A DNA stretch of 64,000 nucleotides from Macrostomum lignano (Eukaryota), in NCBI GenBank assembly GCA_002269645.1, contig NIVC01001178.1, positions 248,001 to 312,000 on the forward strand. The letters are read 5' to 3'. How positions within the stretch are numbered: position 1 is the first letter of the stretch; each line of letters starts with the position of its first letter. The notes under the pieces are model-generated. The model saw only the letters and a list, made by a program, of their open reading frames with translations. It made no database searches and had not been told where the DNA came from. Position numbers and translations under genes: made by a program. Below, in pieces: positions 36,205-46,665 of the stretch.

Positions 36205-36440
36205 AAGACCAAGGGGAATTGCTGAGATGTCTAAGGATCAAGGGGAATCGCTAGGAGATGTCTAAGGATCAAGGGGAATTGCTGAGATGTCTAAACATCA
36301 AGGGGAATTGCCGCGATGTCTAAGGATTAAGGGGAATGGTCAAGATGTCTGAGGATCAAGGAGAATCGCTGAGATGTCTAAGGGGAATTGCTGAGATGTC
36401 TAAGGATCAAGGGTAATCCCTGAAATGTCTAAGGATCAAG
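36205..36440. repeat. Degenerate ~30-bp repeat (CTAAGGATCAAGGGGAATTGCTGAGATGT)n
   Basis: About 7 diverged copies. Confidence 0.75.
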
Positions 36441-36814
36441 GGGAATTACCTGTACCTTTTACTTTAATTAACATTTTCTCCATAGGTCTCTGTGTTTATT
36501 CGAATACCTTGAATGTAAAGTTTAGTTTCACGAACTTTCAACGCGACTATTTTAGTGCAAATTTCCAGACAGAATTTCCAATGGGGAAGATTTACAAGTA
36601 CACGCACTGTAGAGGTCCAAAACTATAGGATACGAGCTAAATTTGCATCCTAGCAACGATTTGTACAAAATTTCTTCACCAATTACATTCGTTTGCAGCA
36701 ATGACCGCAAATTCTTCCTTTTCGTTGCCATGTGCATCATCAGTGAGACCAAGATTAAACAGACTTGGGTTCTAGAAATCCTAAACTAGGCTTTGTCAGT
36801 AGTTTGGACTAAGG

Positions 36815-38914
36815 ATGCAAGGCCCTAAAGAGATGGCGGAGCCACAGAAAGGACCATGGAAGCCGGACCTTCCACCAGCACCTCCTCAAAACTATCCGCG
36901 CAGTCAGAATCGACCAAAATCAGCGGCCGAAACGGCGCAAATGTTGATCAGCGAGTTCAACGACTACGGGCATCGAACCACGGTGCACGGCCTGGGCCAC
37001 ATGTACCAGTCTACAGACATGAGACGCAAACTGTTCTGGCTAGCGCTCACAGTTATTGGCTCCATAGCTTGTGGAGTTCACATCTACTTCATTGTAGAAA
37101 ACTACAACGAGACTCCAGTCAATTCCGTCATTCTCAACGGTGGGGTTCGAGTGACCTTTCCAGACGTGACCCTCTGCAACATGTACCCGATCTCTGAGTC
37201 GGTGCAGAACCACGGAGTCGGTGAGATCCGGGGTCACATTAGAAAATACTGGAGATTCTTTCGCGGCTTCATCAAAGCTTCGACGGGATATGAGAATAGC
37301 ACCAGGAATCGATTTCAAATGGCCAGGAAGTTCTTTCAAATTTTCTGGGCATCCGAGGACACAAGAGACCTGGCTCACGATGATGACCTATTTCTAGTCT
37401 ACTGCAGGTACAAAAACCGTAAGTGCACTAGCAGGCATTTCAAAATGGTGCAGAACATTGTCTACTGGAACTGTTACACATTCACGCCAAAGTTTGATGG
37501 AGAGGAAGATGAGGACAGGCGCGTGTACAGTGGAAATGAAGACGACGGTCTCAACATGATTCTGTACACCAATTCGCACCTCAGAAATATCCATGCGAAC
37601 AACAGCCTCACGACTGTAGACGGAATTATAAATCTGACACGAAGCGAAGCAAAACAGGGGTTGCGTCGAGATCAGTCTAATTTTCTCGAACGCTACCTGG
37701 TGAATTACAGTCTTTCTTTGAACCAGCTGCTAGCCGGAGACAGGTTGGAGCCCGATGGAATTCGGGTCATTCTCCACGAGAAAGGAACTTACCCCCACAT
37801 GGACATGAACAGCGTGATCGTTGGTAACGGAGACTACTCCAAAGTCGTCTTCTCAATGGAGCGCAAGATTTCCAAGAACCGGCCGGATTTCCCGTGCCGA
37901 GAAACCTCCAAGGACGCCGCCGATGAGGAGGTGGAGTACGTTTCCTACTACCCTGGCGTCGATGTGAGGTACACCACCAAGAGACCGCCACCGAACTTCA
38001 AGAAGTTCAAGCGCGATCGACTCGACTACGTAGTGACTCGAGTCCAGGACCTGTTCTGGTCGAGCTGCAGCTGCTACACCCACGTGGTCCCGTTCTCGCA
38101 CTTCAACTCGAAGCTGTGCTACTTTTGCAGAAACGGCACGGACCCAGTGGAGATCCGACGCACTCTCGAGCGAGTCCACTGCCACGACAGAGTCTACCAG
38201 AACCAGCTGAAGAAGAACATCCTCACCTACTTCAGCGACTCGCAGCGCTTCCAGCCGTGCACTGGCGACGAATACGACGTGAAGATGGGCAGCTCAGCGT
38301 GGCCCAGCCAGCGCGACATCATGTTCCTCGTCGACCAGTACGTGATTCCCGCCTTCCTGCACGAGAGCGTCGGCAACCGGTCCTACAACAGCATCCTGAA
38401 GAACACGAGAGTCTACCCGATCCGCGACATCATCGGGACGACGCCCGAACAGGCGATCGGCTCAAAGACTATCAAGTCGTTCAACTGGACCGTGGACGAG
38501 TTCCTCATTCGCAAGAGCTTCCTCAAGGTGGCCATCCACGCCGACAGCCCGACGGGAACGCTCAACGAAGAGGTCGAGAGCTACTCGTTCGCCGAGGCGC
38601 TGTCGGAGATCGGCGGCATCTTCGGCCTCTACGCCGGCGTCTCGCTGCTCACCTTCTTCGAGTTCGTCGAGCTCGCCTACCTGATGGCCACGAAGCCGAA
38701 GGAGGTGACGCGGCATGAGAAGGACGGCAAGTCGAAGTTCGCCATGCTGCAGCAAACCATGGAGGACGGAGAGCTGCCAGCCAGCGAGGTGCTCAAGTAC
38801 AAGCAGCTGTTCGACCGCGGCAACTGCTGCGCCCTGCCAACGGCCAGCGCCTCCCAACAGAGCAGGAGCTTCATCATGCAAGCTGAGAGGGAGGACTCTC
38901 TTTTCCTTGCTTGA
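36815..38914 (+). CDS. DEG/ENaC family sodium channel, copy A (699 aa, intronless CDS; FaNaC-like placement is an inference)
   Basis: TTVHG motif, TM1 (RRKLFWLALTVIG...), FPDVTLCN, YWNCYTF, GIRVILH, Cys-rich thumb, TM2 LSEIGGIFGLYAGVSLLTFFEFVE with the GxS filter. Confidence 0.93.
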   Translation: MQGPKEMAEPQKGPWKPDLPPAPPQNYPRSQNRPKSAAETAQMLISEFNDYGHRTTVHGLGHMYQSTDMRRKLFWLALTVIGSIACGVHIYFIVENYNETPVNSVILNGGVRVTFPDVTLCNMYPISESVQNHGVGEIRGHIRKYWRFFRGFIKASTGYENSTRNRFQMARKFFQIFWASEDTRDLAHDDDLFLVYCRYKNRKCTSRHFKMVQNIVYWNCYTFTPKFDGEEDEDRRVYSGNEDDGLNMILYTNSHLRNIHANNSLTTVDGIINLTRSEAKQGLRRDQSNFLERYLVNYSLSLNQLLAGDRLEPDGIRVILHEKGTYPHMDMNSVIVGNGDYSKVVFSMERKISKNRPDFPCRETSKDAADEEVEYVSYYPGVDVRYTTKRPPPNFKKFKRDRLDYVVTRVQDLFWSSCSCYTHVVPFSHFNSKLCYFCRNGTDPVEIRRTLERVHCHDRVYQNQLKKNILTYFSDSQRFQPCTGDEYDVKMGSSAWPSQRDIMFLVDQYVIPAFLHESVGNRSYNSILKNTRVYPIRDIIGTTPEQAIGSKTIKSFNWTVDEFLIRKSFLKVAIHADSPTGTLNEEVESYSFAEALSEIGGIFGLYAGVSLLTFFEFVELAYLMATKPKEVTRHEKDGKSKFAMLQQTMEDGELPASEVLKYKQLFDRGNCCALPTASASQQSRSFIMQAEREDSLFLA

Positions 38915-39754
38915 GTTATCGCTGAATTATTTATAAGTGCTTATTTAGTGAATTATTTAAACTACTTGTCAGTAGCAACTGATGTAAAGTGCAAAAAACA
39001 AAATAAGTTTCATTGAGCATAACCAGACCACCGTCTTCAGACTTCAACAGCAATTTAGGTACAGCTGATAAATAAATTACCCACATAGCACTACTGTCTA
39101 GTAGTGCAGATTGATTCGACGTAAGGTCCAGTAGAAAAAGCAATAAATAAAGTCTCTAGTTTGTCGAACTGCAGCATCCAAGAAGTTTCAGAGCGTTGGA
39201 AGTTGTTCATTATTCAATAAAATGCTATGTAAAACTTGATGTATTATAAATGTATAATTTTTTGCAGAAATTAGGGACAACTAAAACAGTTGTAGTTGTG
39301 TTGTGTATTAGTTATCCCATGCAGAAGTATTGCTGAATGAGTTTTTAACTGTTGACTTTCATTGAATTTACGCCTAAGTTATTGCACTTTCATGTCACTC
39401 ATAAATCACACAATACTTATTGAATTCTACACTAATTTCCTGCAATAAATGCAAATATATGTCCGTGCATCGGTTGTCTGTACCAGCCAATATGCTGCTG
39501 TCTACTCGTAACTCCGTTATCAATGAAGTTTCGTGGATTTTGTGGATGCTGAATAGACAGAAAAAAACGATAAATTTTTGGAACTGATTAGAAATCCAAA
39601 TAATAGAGGTTTTGTTTCAACAAAATTATTCTACTAATTTTAATTAGAAGTTAACAGCGAAAAAAATTTCTATACATATCGGAAGCTAAGTTTCAGCCTC
39701 TGCCGTAAGCATTGAAAACGAAGTGATTTAGAGTTCGTTAAAATCCTTCTCTGC

Positions 39755-39935
39755 CTTCCCCTTCTACCTCTGCTCCCCCTCTTCTTCTCCTTTTCTCCCC
39801 CTCCGCATCTACTCCGCCTCTGCCTCTGCTCCCCCTCTGTCTCTGCTCCCCACTCTGCCTCTGCTCCCCACTCTGCCTCTGCCCCCCCCTCTGCCTCTGC
39901 TCCCCCTCTGCCTCTAGTGATCCCCCTGCCTCTCC
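39755..39935. repeat. Pyrimidine-rich (CTCTGCCTCTGCTCCCC)-like repeat
   Basis: Low-complexity tandem units. Confidence 0.75.
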
Positions 39936-40364
39936 CACTGCGTTTGCTTAACCCACCACCCCACCCTGACTGCCCCGGCCCCTTGGCAGTCCAATACTAA
40001 TTGGCTGCCGCACTACATTGTGGTTAGCCGTTTTACGTGCAGTCCCCTGCAGTGTCACCTCCTAGCATATCAGGTACCTCTCTACCCTAAGCTTGCCCTG
40101 ATTGGCCGGCTGCTTATGGCGGTTGCGGGTCGGTGCACTGCGGATTAAAGGGTCTTGACCAAATATATACTTATTCGCGCAGTGAGCCAGGGGAGACAAT
40201 CTGGAATCTATTATCGCTCAGTGTCACAACTACATTACATGTAGATTTAAGACTATTGTTTCAAGCGTATCTTTAGCATGGACAACTAAAGCAACGTATA
40301 TACAGGACGCGAAACTCACGTTTCATGGAAAAAAGTTTTGAAGGCCACTTTTCGTCGAAAAATA

Positions 40365-40860
40365 CACTACGGGGATAAGAAATTTTCACTTTTTCATTAT
40401 TAAAATTGTATTTGCTTTTGGTAGTAGGCAGACCCAATGTTCATCTTTTGATATGTTGTGCCTTTTTTACAGCTCTATTGACGTTTGTAAAGCTTTTTGT
40501 TCAGAAAACTATGATTCTGTGTTAATTTTTATTCTACGTACAACTGCACATGTCCTGTGTCTAAAAACGATTAAAGTGGCACAGCTCGGCTTATTGGTTT
40601 TATGAATCTATTTTGTCATTCTTATAGCTGACTGTGTAGCAGTATGTGTAGCATTTTTTAGCATTTTTAGGTGCAGGTAATGTACGTAGAATGCAAAAAT
40701 AACATATAGAATCCTAATTTTCTAAACAAAAGCTATATAATTATCAATAGGGCTATAGGAAAGGCACAACATATCAAAAGATAAACATTGGGTCTGCCTC
40801 TTATCGAAAGCAATAACAATTGTAATATGTAAAAAGTGAAAACTTCCTATTTCCGTAGTG
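40365..40860. mobile_element. 496-bp fold-back element with CACTAC...GTAGTG termini and ~190-bp imperfect arms
   Basis: In-register inverted pairs such as GGCAGACCCAATG/CATTGGGTCTGCC, GATATGTTGTGCCTT/AAGGCACAACATATC, CTATTGA/TCAATAG and TTCTACGTACA/TGTACGTAGAA. No clear TSD. Confidence 0.8.
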
Positions 40861-42301
40861 TTGTTTCTTTCTACGTCCCACGGCTCATCCGGTTCCTCCG
40901 GGCCACCAAACGAGCCTCCGTCTTCCCCACCGAGGACAACGCTGCAGACAGGACCGGCAGACCTCCCAGACCGGCCCCTCGCCCTAGCCTATGCGGGTCT
41001 CTCAGGGATTAGCGGAATGGGCGACGCTCGCCTCCCCGCTGAGTCTTCGGACCGCCCTGCAGCTAAGTCAAGTAAGTCAAAAGGCCTTTAAAACAGTTTC
41101 CATAGATTTCGAGTGTTGCGTTCTTCTACTTTAGTAGTTCTTGATCTTTATCTGATAGGCGATTACAAATTGCAACTTTCTGCATCAATAACGTACTATA
41201 AGGCTTACAAGCTATTTCTTGAATTTCAGTTTTAGGAAAGCAAAATACCAAGGTACATATAAACGCATTTTGGCTTAGTAACATCCTTCTATAGATCACT
41301 ATTCCTCAACATATTCGTCCAGAGGTAAGGAAATTTCTGTCTAACAGCAAGGCAGTGTATTAAGGCGGCTCTTGAAGTAATTTTTGCTCTCTTGAAATGC
41401 CGCCCTTCATACTGCAGCAGTTCCACCATATGCTGTACATGCATATAGCTGTAAGGTATTATTCCAGCTAAGGGGTGCACAGGGATTCACATTGCCTACA
41501 TGCCCTCTGCCCCAGCCTCGCTGGAAGCACACATTATTTAGGCCAATCCGATCAATCATTCTGACCGTGCCGAAGATCTTCTTTTTAGCTGCAGTCCACC
41601 TGTGAGCCACTCGCATGCAGTGCTCTGGCTGCGTGGGCCTTTCACTGCTTTTCTTTTTTTTGAAGCCGGTTTGCTCCTCTCCTAGCAAAGTATAACAAAC
41701 TATCAATTAAATGATTGCAAAAACAATAACTTATATATGTAAGGAAACATACTAAAATTTATTAATTGACAATTAAATAAGCAATACTGTTAAGGTTTTA
41801 TCTGTCCAAATAGCGGTAAAAATGGTATCAACGTAAGTCAAAGGATCAAAAGAGTTCGCATTAATCCCATTTACAGGGTACCAAAAAGTTAAAAACCGAC
41901 GCCAAAACGAAAACGCGAAAATGAAAATGGCAGATAGAATATTCAGCAAATATCTGAGAAGCAGAAGAGTAATGTACAATATATCAAGGGAAATTACAAA
42001 AACATACCAAGCTGCATATTTTTGCTGAAACGTCATTCGGTAAGATATTTATATTTAGTTCACGGATACACTTGCAAAATTATTCAGAGCAAGGCAATAG
42101 TCAATTTGCAATCCGTTAGGCCCATCCTACTAGTACTGACCTCTAACAACGCGCACCTGACTTTCTCTTCGCAAGGCATGTACAAGCCGCGCACATGTGC
42201 ACCAATGAAGCTATTCTGCTTCAAAGTCAACACCAATAATACAATGAACGGGGAACTCAACCTTCTGAATGCGTGAAAAATTGCGGCCAAAATTATTCGG
42301 G

Positions 42302-44521
42302 TCAAGAAACAATCACCGGACGTCGAACTGAACCCTCCCTCTCAGCTTGCATGATGAAGCTCCTGCTCTGCTGGGAGGCGCTGGCCGTTGGCAGGGCGCA
42401 GCAGTTGCCGCGGTCGAACAGCTGCTTGTACTTGAGCACCTCGCTGGCTGGCAGCTCTCCGTCCTCCATGGTTTGCTGCAGCATGGCGAACTTCGACTTG
42501 CCGTCCTTCTCATGCCGCGTCACCTCCTTCGGCTTCGTGGCCATCAGGTAGGCGAGCTCGACGAACTCGAAGAAGGTGAGCAGCGAGACGCCGGCGTAGA
42601 GGCCGAAGATGCCGCCGATCTCCGACAGCGCCTCGGCGAACGAGTAGCTCTCGACCTCTTCGTTGAGCGTTCCCGTCGGGCTGTCGGCGTGGATGGCCAC
42701 CTTGAGGAAGCTCTTGCGAATGAGGAACTCGTCCACGGTCCAGTTGAACGACTTGATAGTCTTTGAGCCGATCGCCTGTTCGGGCGTCGTCCCGATGATG
42801 TCGCGGATCGGGTAGACTCTCGTGTTCTTCAGGATGCTGTTGTAGGACCGGTTGCCGACGCTCTCGTGCAGGAAGGCGGGAATCACGTACTGGTCGACGA
42901 GGAACATGATGTCGCGCTGGCTGGGCCACGCTGAGCTGCCCATCTTCACGTCGTATTCGTCGCCAGTGCACGGCTGGAAGCGCTGCGAGTCGCTGAAGTA
43001 GGTGAGGATGTTCTTCTTCAGCTGGTTCTGGTAGACTCTGTCGTGGCAGTGGACTCGCTCGAGAGTGCGTCGGATCTCCACTGGGTCCCTGCCGTTTCTG
43101 CAAAAGTAGCACAGCTTCGAGTTGAAGTGCGAGAACGGGACCACGTGGGTGTAGCAGCTGCAGCTCGACCAGAACAGGTCCTGGACTCGAGTCACTACGT
43201 AGTCGAGTCGATCGCGCTTGAACTTCTTGAAGTTCGGTGGCGGTCTCTTGGTGGTGTACCTCACATCGACGCCAGGGTAGTAGGAAACGTACTCCACCTC
43301 CTCATCGGCGGCGTCCTCGGAGGTTTCTCGGCACGGGAAATCCGGCCGGTTCTTGGAAATCTTGCGCTCCATTGAGAAGACGACTTTGGAGTAGTCTCCG
43401 TTGCCAACGATCACGCTGTTCATGTCCATGTGGGGGTAAGTTCCTTTCTCGTGAAGAATGACCCGAATTCCATCGGGCTCCATTTTATCGCCTGCCAGCA
43501 GCTGGTTCAGAGACAGATTGTAGTTCACCAGGTAGCGCTCTAAATAGTTTGACTTATCACCGTTTGAACTGTCTTTACCGTTATTTTCCTCATCGTAGAA
43601 GCCCTTTGTCGTTGTCAATGCGTTACTAGCGTGAATATTTCTGAGGTGTGAATTGGTGTACATGATGAGGTTCAAGCCCTCGTCTTCGTTGCCGCTGTAC
43701 ACGCGCCTGTCCTCCTCCTCCTCTCCGTCGAACTTTGGCGTGAATGTGTAGCAGTTCCAGTAGTCGATGTTTTGAACCATTTTGAACTGCTTGTTAGAGC
43801 AGGGACGACTTTTATACCTGCAGTAAACTAGAAATAGGTCGTCGTCGTGAGCCAGGTCTCTTGTGTCCTCGGATGCCCAGAAAATTTGAAAGAACTTCCT
43901 GGCCATTTTAAATCTATCCTTGGTGCTGTTGTCCATTCCGGCTGAGGCTTTGATGAAGCCGCGAAAGAATCTCCAGTATTTTCTAATGTGACCCCTGATC
44001 TCACCGGCTCCGTGGTTCTGCACCGACTCCGAGATCGGGTACATGTTGCAGAGGGTCACGTCTGGAAAATTCACGTGGACTCCACCGTTTAGAATGACGG
44101 AATTAACTGGAGTTTCGTTGTAGTTGGCCACAATGAAGTAGATGTGAATGCCGCAGGCAAAGCATCCAACGATAGTGATGAGGAGCCAAAATAACTTTCG
44201 TCTGACATCTGTGGACTGGTACATGTGGCCCAGGCCGTGTACCGTGGTTCGATGCCCGTAGTCGTTGAACTCGCTGATCAACAACTTGACGGTTTCAGAG
44301 GATTTTTTCTTCTTTCGCTGGTCCATACGCGCCTGCTGAGGTCGATAGGCAGCAGGTTGTGCAGCTGGTTGTTGCTGCTGTATGATGCCTTCTTGTGGTT
44401 GCTGAGCCGTCGATTGGGGCGAAATCTGCGACGCCTGCTGCGAGGCTTGCTGCGATCTGTGATCGCTTGCTTCTTCAGCATTGCTGCTGTTTCCATCAGG
44501 CATGATCGGCTGCAGTATCAT
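42302..44521 (-). CDS. DEG/ENaC family sodium channel, copy B (739 aa, intronless CDS), inverted paralog of copy A
   Basis: Same motifs as copy A. Q-rich N-terminal extension. Candidate 5' UTR intron (acceptor near 44556, donor near 44805). Confidence 0.93.
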   Translation of the reverse strand: MILQPIMPDGNSSNAEEASDHRSQQASQQASQISPQSTAQQPQEGIIQQQQPAAQPAAYRPQQARMDQRKKKKSSETVKLLISEFNDYGHRTTVHGLGHMYQSTDVRRKLFWLLITIVGCFACGIHIYFIVANYNETPVNSVILNGGVHVNFPDVTLCNMYPISESVQNHGAGEIRGHIRKYWRFFRGFIKASAGMDNSTKDRFKMARKFFQIFWASEDTRDLAHDDDLFLVYCRYKSRPCSNKQFKMVQNIDYWNCYTFTPKFDGEEEEDRRVYSGNEDEGLNLIMYTNSHLRNIHASNALTTTKGFYDEENNGKDSSNGDKSNYLERYLVNYNLSLNQLLAGDKMEPDGIRVILHEKGTYPHMDMNSVIVGNGDYSKVVFSMERKISKNRPDFPCRETSEDAADEEVEYVSYYPGVDVRYTTKRPPPNFKKFKRDRLDYVVTRVQDLFWSSCSCYTHVVPFSHFNSKLCYFCRNGRDPVEIRRTLERVHCHDRVYQNQLKKNILTYFSDSQRFQPCTGDEYDVKMGSSAWPSQRDIMFLVDQYVIPAFLHESVGNRSYNSILKNTRVYPIRDIIGTTPEQAIGSKTIKSFNWTVDEFLIRKSFLKVAIHADSPTGTLNEEVESYSFAEALSEIGGIFGLYAGVSLLTFFEFVELAYLMATKPKEVTRHEKDGKSKFAMLQQTMEDGELPASEVLKYKQLFDRGNCCALPTASASQQSRSFIMQAEREGSVRRPVIVS

Positions 44522-46665
44522 GTCCGCAGTCTTTTCTTACAATCCGATTGACAGACTGCAAAACTGAGAAACGGTTTTGGTTTATTTATCTCGCGCAACG
44601 CGATGGATGCAGTCGAGGATGATGCAAGAACTGTGCGAACAGTTATTTCGCCAGGGTTCCCGGTTGAAAACAACGTCGATAGAGTCGGAGGGAAAGAGGG
44701 GCTGAAGGCCAGTATGTTGGTACGATGCCTCGTGTTCATTGGTAGCCGGCAGAATCGTTCGGGTCTGGGGATGTTCAGGATTGAAAGGTTTTAGAAGTTT
44801 TTTACCTTCGGCGCGTACATCGGCGTGACGCATCTGTGCACGCAGCTTACTACTAGTTACGGTTCCGAACGCTGCATACATGTAGTAGCTTTTATCGGAA
44901 GATCGGTGTACGAAAAATACATTCGCTAGTGCGCTAGTGCGGTCGATGCTGCGGAAAAGTCAATGCCGCATCTACCTTGAAGTAGTCAAGTTTACAGGTT
45001 TGTCCTAGTCAATTCACAGGTACGTATTATCAAAGCTATTAAATAAGCCAGCCGATCTCTATACTGATACGTGTTTTAAGCTGTATAAACACTGATTACG
45101 CAAAACTTGACGTTATTTGATGGCGGTTGAACGAGTACTAAAAGATTTATATAAAAAACGACCTTTCACTGTACATTTTTCTCACACACTTTTCATGGGC
45201 TGCAATCGGAGAAAGGGATGTACAAGGTAATAACCACGATTCTGAATTTTTTAGGAACCCAAACTTGGATCCTTATAAACACCAGACACCAGAAGCGCAA
45301 TAGCCAGGATTTGTATGAGGCGCCATCGAGAACGCCCGCACCAGAGGCTTCATTGTGAGTGCCAGCACTAAAAGGTGCCGCAGCTGGTGTGAAGGGGTAC
45401 TTTACTCAAAGTCCACTATTTTAGTAGGACCATAGGACCATGGAGACAGGCGTACTTATGGCTTGCTTAAAAAGCTCGCAAGCTGACCTAGTTATTCTAG
45501 TATCTGTGGCTAATACCCAGACGGTTGCCAAACTTTTCTTCTGCAGAGAAGGAGTTACGCTCGAATAAGTGGGACTTTGCAACTTTGCAATCAATCTTAA
45601 GAGCCACCATAGAAAGCTGTCTTTTGTGTAAAGTTAAGAGATCGCAAACTAAGTTGCGTTGAGCAAGCCATAAATGCAATTTCTCCATCCGACGCTTATG
45701 GTCCGACGTAAAGACCTCCTGGCTACAGAACACCCCCACCAGAGACAATTACACTGTAAATACAGTATATGGATGCAACATTAATATGCGTGTCGCTACT
45801 TAACATATACACGTACATGTAGCTACAATCGCGCCGTCCTTGACATGCCTACATCAACCTCGTCATGCATACTAAAAAGAAAACTTTTACTTCTTGCTAG
45901 AATAACACAGTTAGACGTGTACATGCGCACGCATCTGCAGTAGAAATGGGAATCTGCAGCATCATTGTGAGAAAAAACAGGAAAAGGCCTCCCCTGTCCG
46001 GGCTCGATGGAACGAAAATGTCAGTCTAATTACCGAATGAACTGGGGCGCTTCCAACAGGCTATCTGTAAGCCCACGCGTACATGTATATAAGCCCCGGG
46101 GATTCTAAAACATACATGCACATATAGAAGCTACACGTCAAGAGGAAAATGGAGAGGGCTCTTCCAACTGTTAGTGCGGCTATATTGCCCATGATATTCT
46201 AGGTGCCGCGTGGCTTGCAGACCAGCTTCACCAACAACATCGGTGCTTGGATCTGTTCGGGGAGGAAAACTGAGATAAAAAAGGAAAAATCTCTTTCCGA
46301 TAAATTCGCTTCCTACTGCCCGACAACCAGTCATTCAGCATGAGCCTAGATCTAGAGGATCAGGGACCAGTGAGGATTGCCATGCCATGCCTAAAGCTAT
46401 TTTCTGGTGTGGAAAATTAACTTTGCACTTTAATATTGTGCAACCGCCGGCAATATTAATTGTCACGGTATAAATATATTATAGGACCCGTATTTCAGCA
46501 AGTCAAGGATGTTTATATAAAAAAGGAGACAGCAGACACAAGCAGGCCATTGTAAACTTTGCTTGTAGCAAACTGTTTTCCTCCAGAAAGCAGACGACGT
46601 TCTGCAGCAGACAGACTTTTCCTAGCTAATGTGTGCTCCGTGTGTATTTTTACTGCATAGAATAT

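Noticed and set aside
40858-42036. Short ORFs in the DEG/ENaC spacer (Pro/Ser-rich 40858-41091; hydrophobic 41773-42036)
   Set aside because: No family recognised and no phase-consistent partner exons found.
37767-43461. Antisense and alternate-frame ORFs over the DEG/ENaC genes and the LINE RT (1825-3825)
   Set aside because: Shadow ORFs from GC-rich codon usage; no recognisable motifs.
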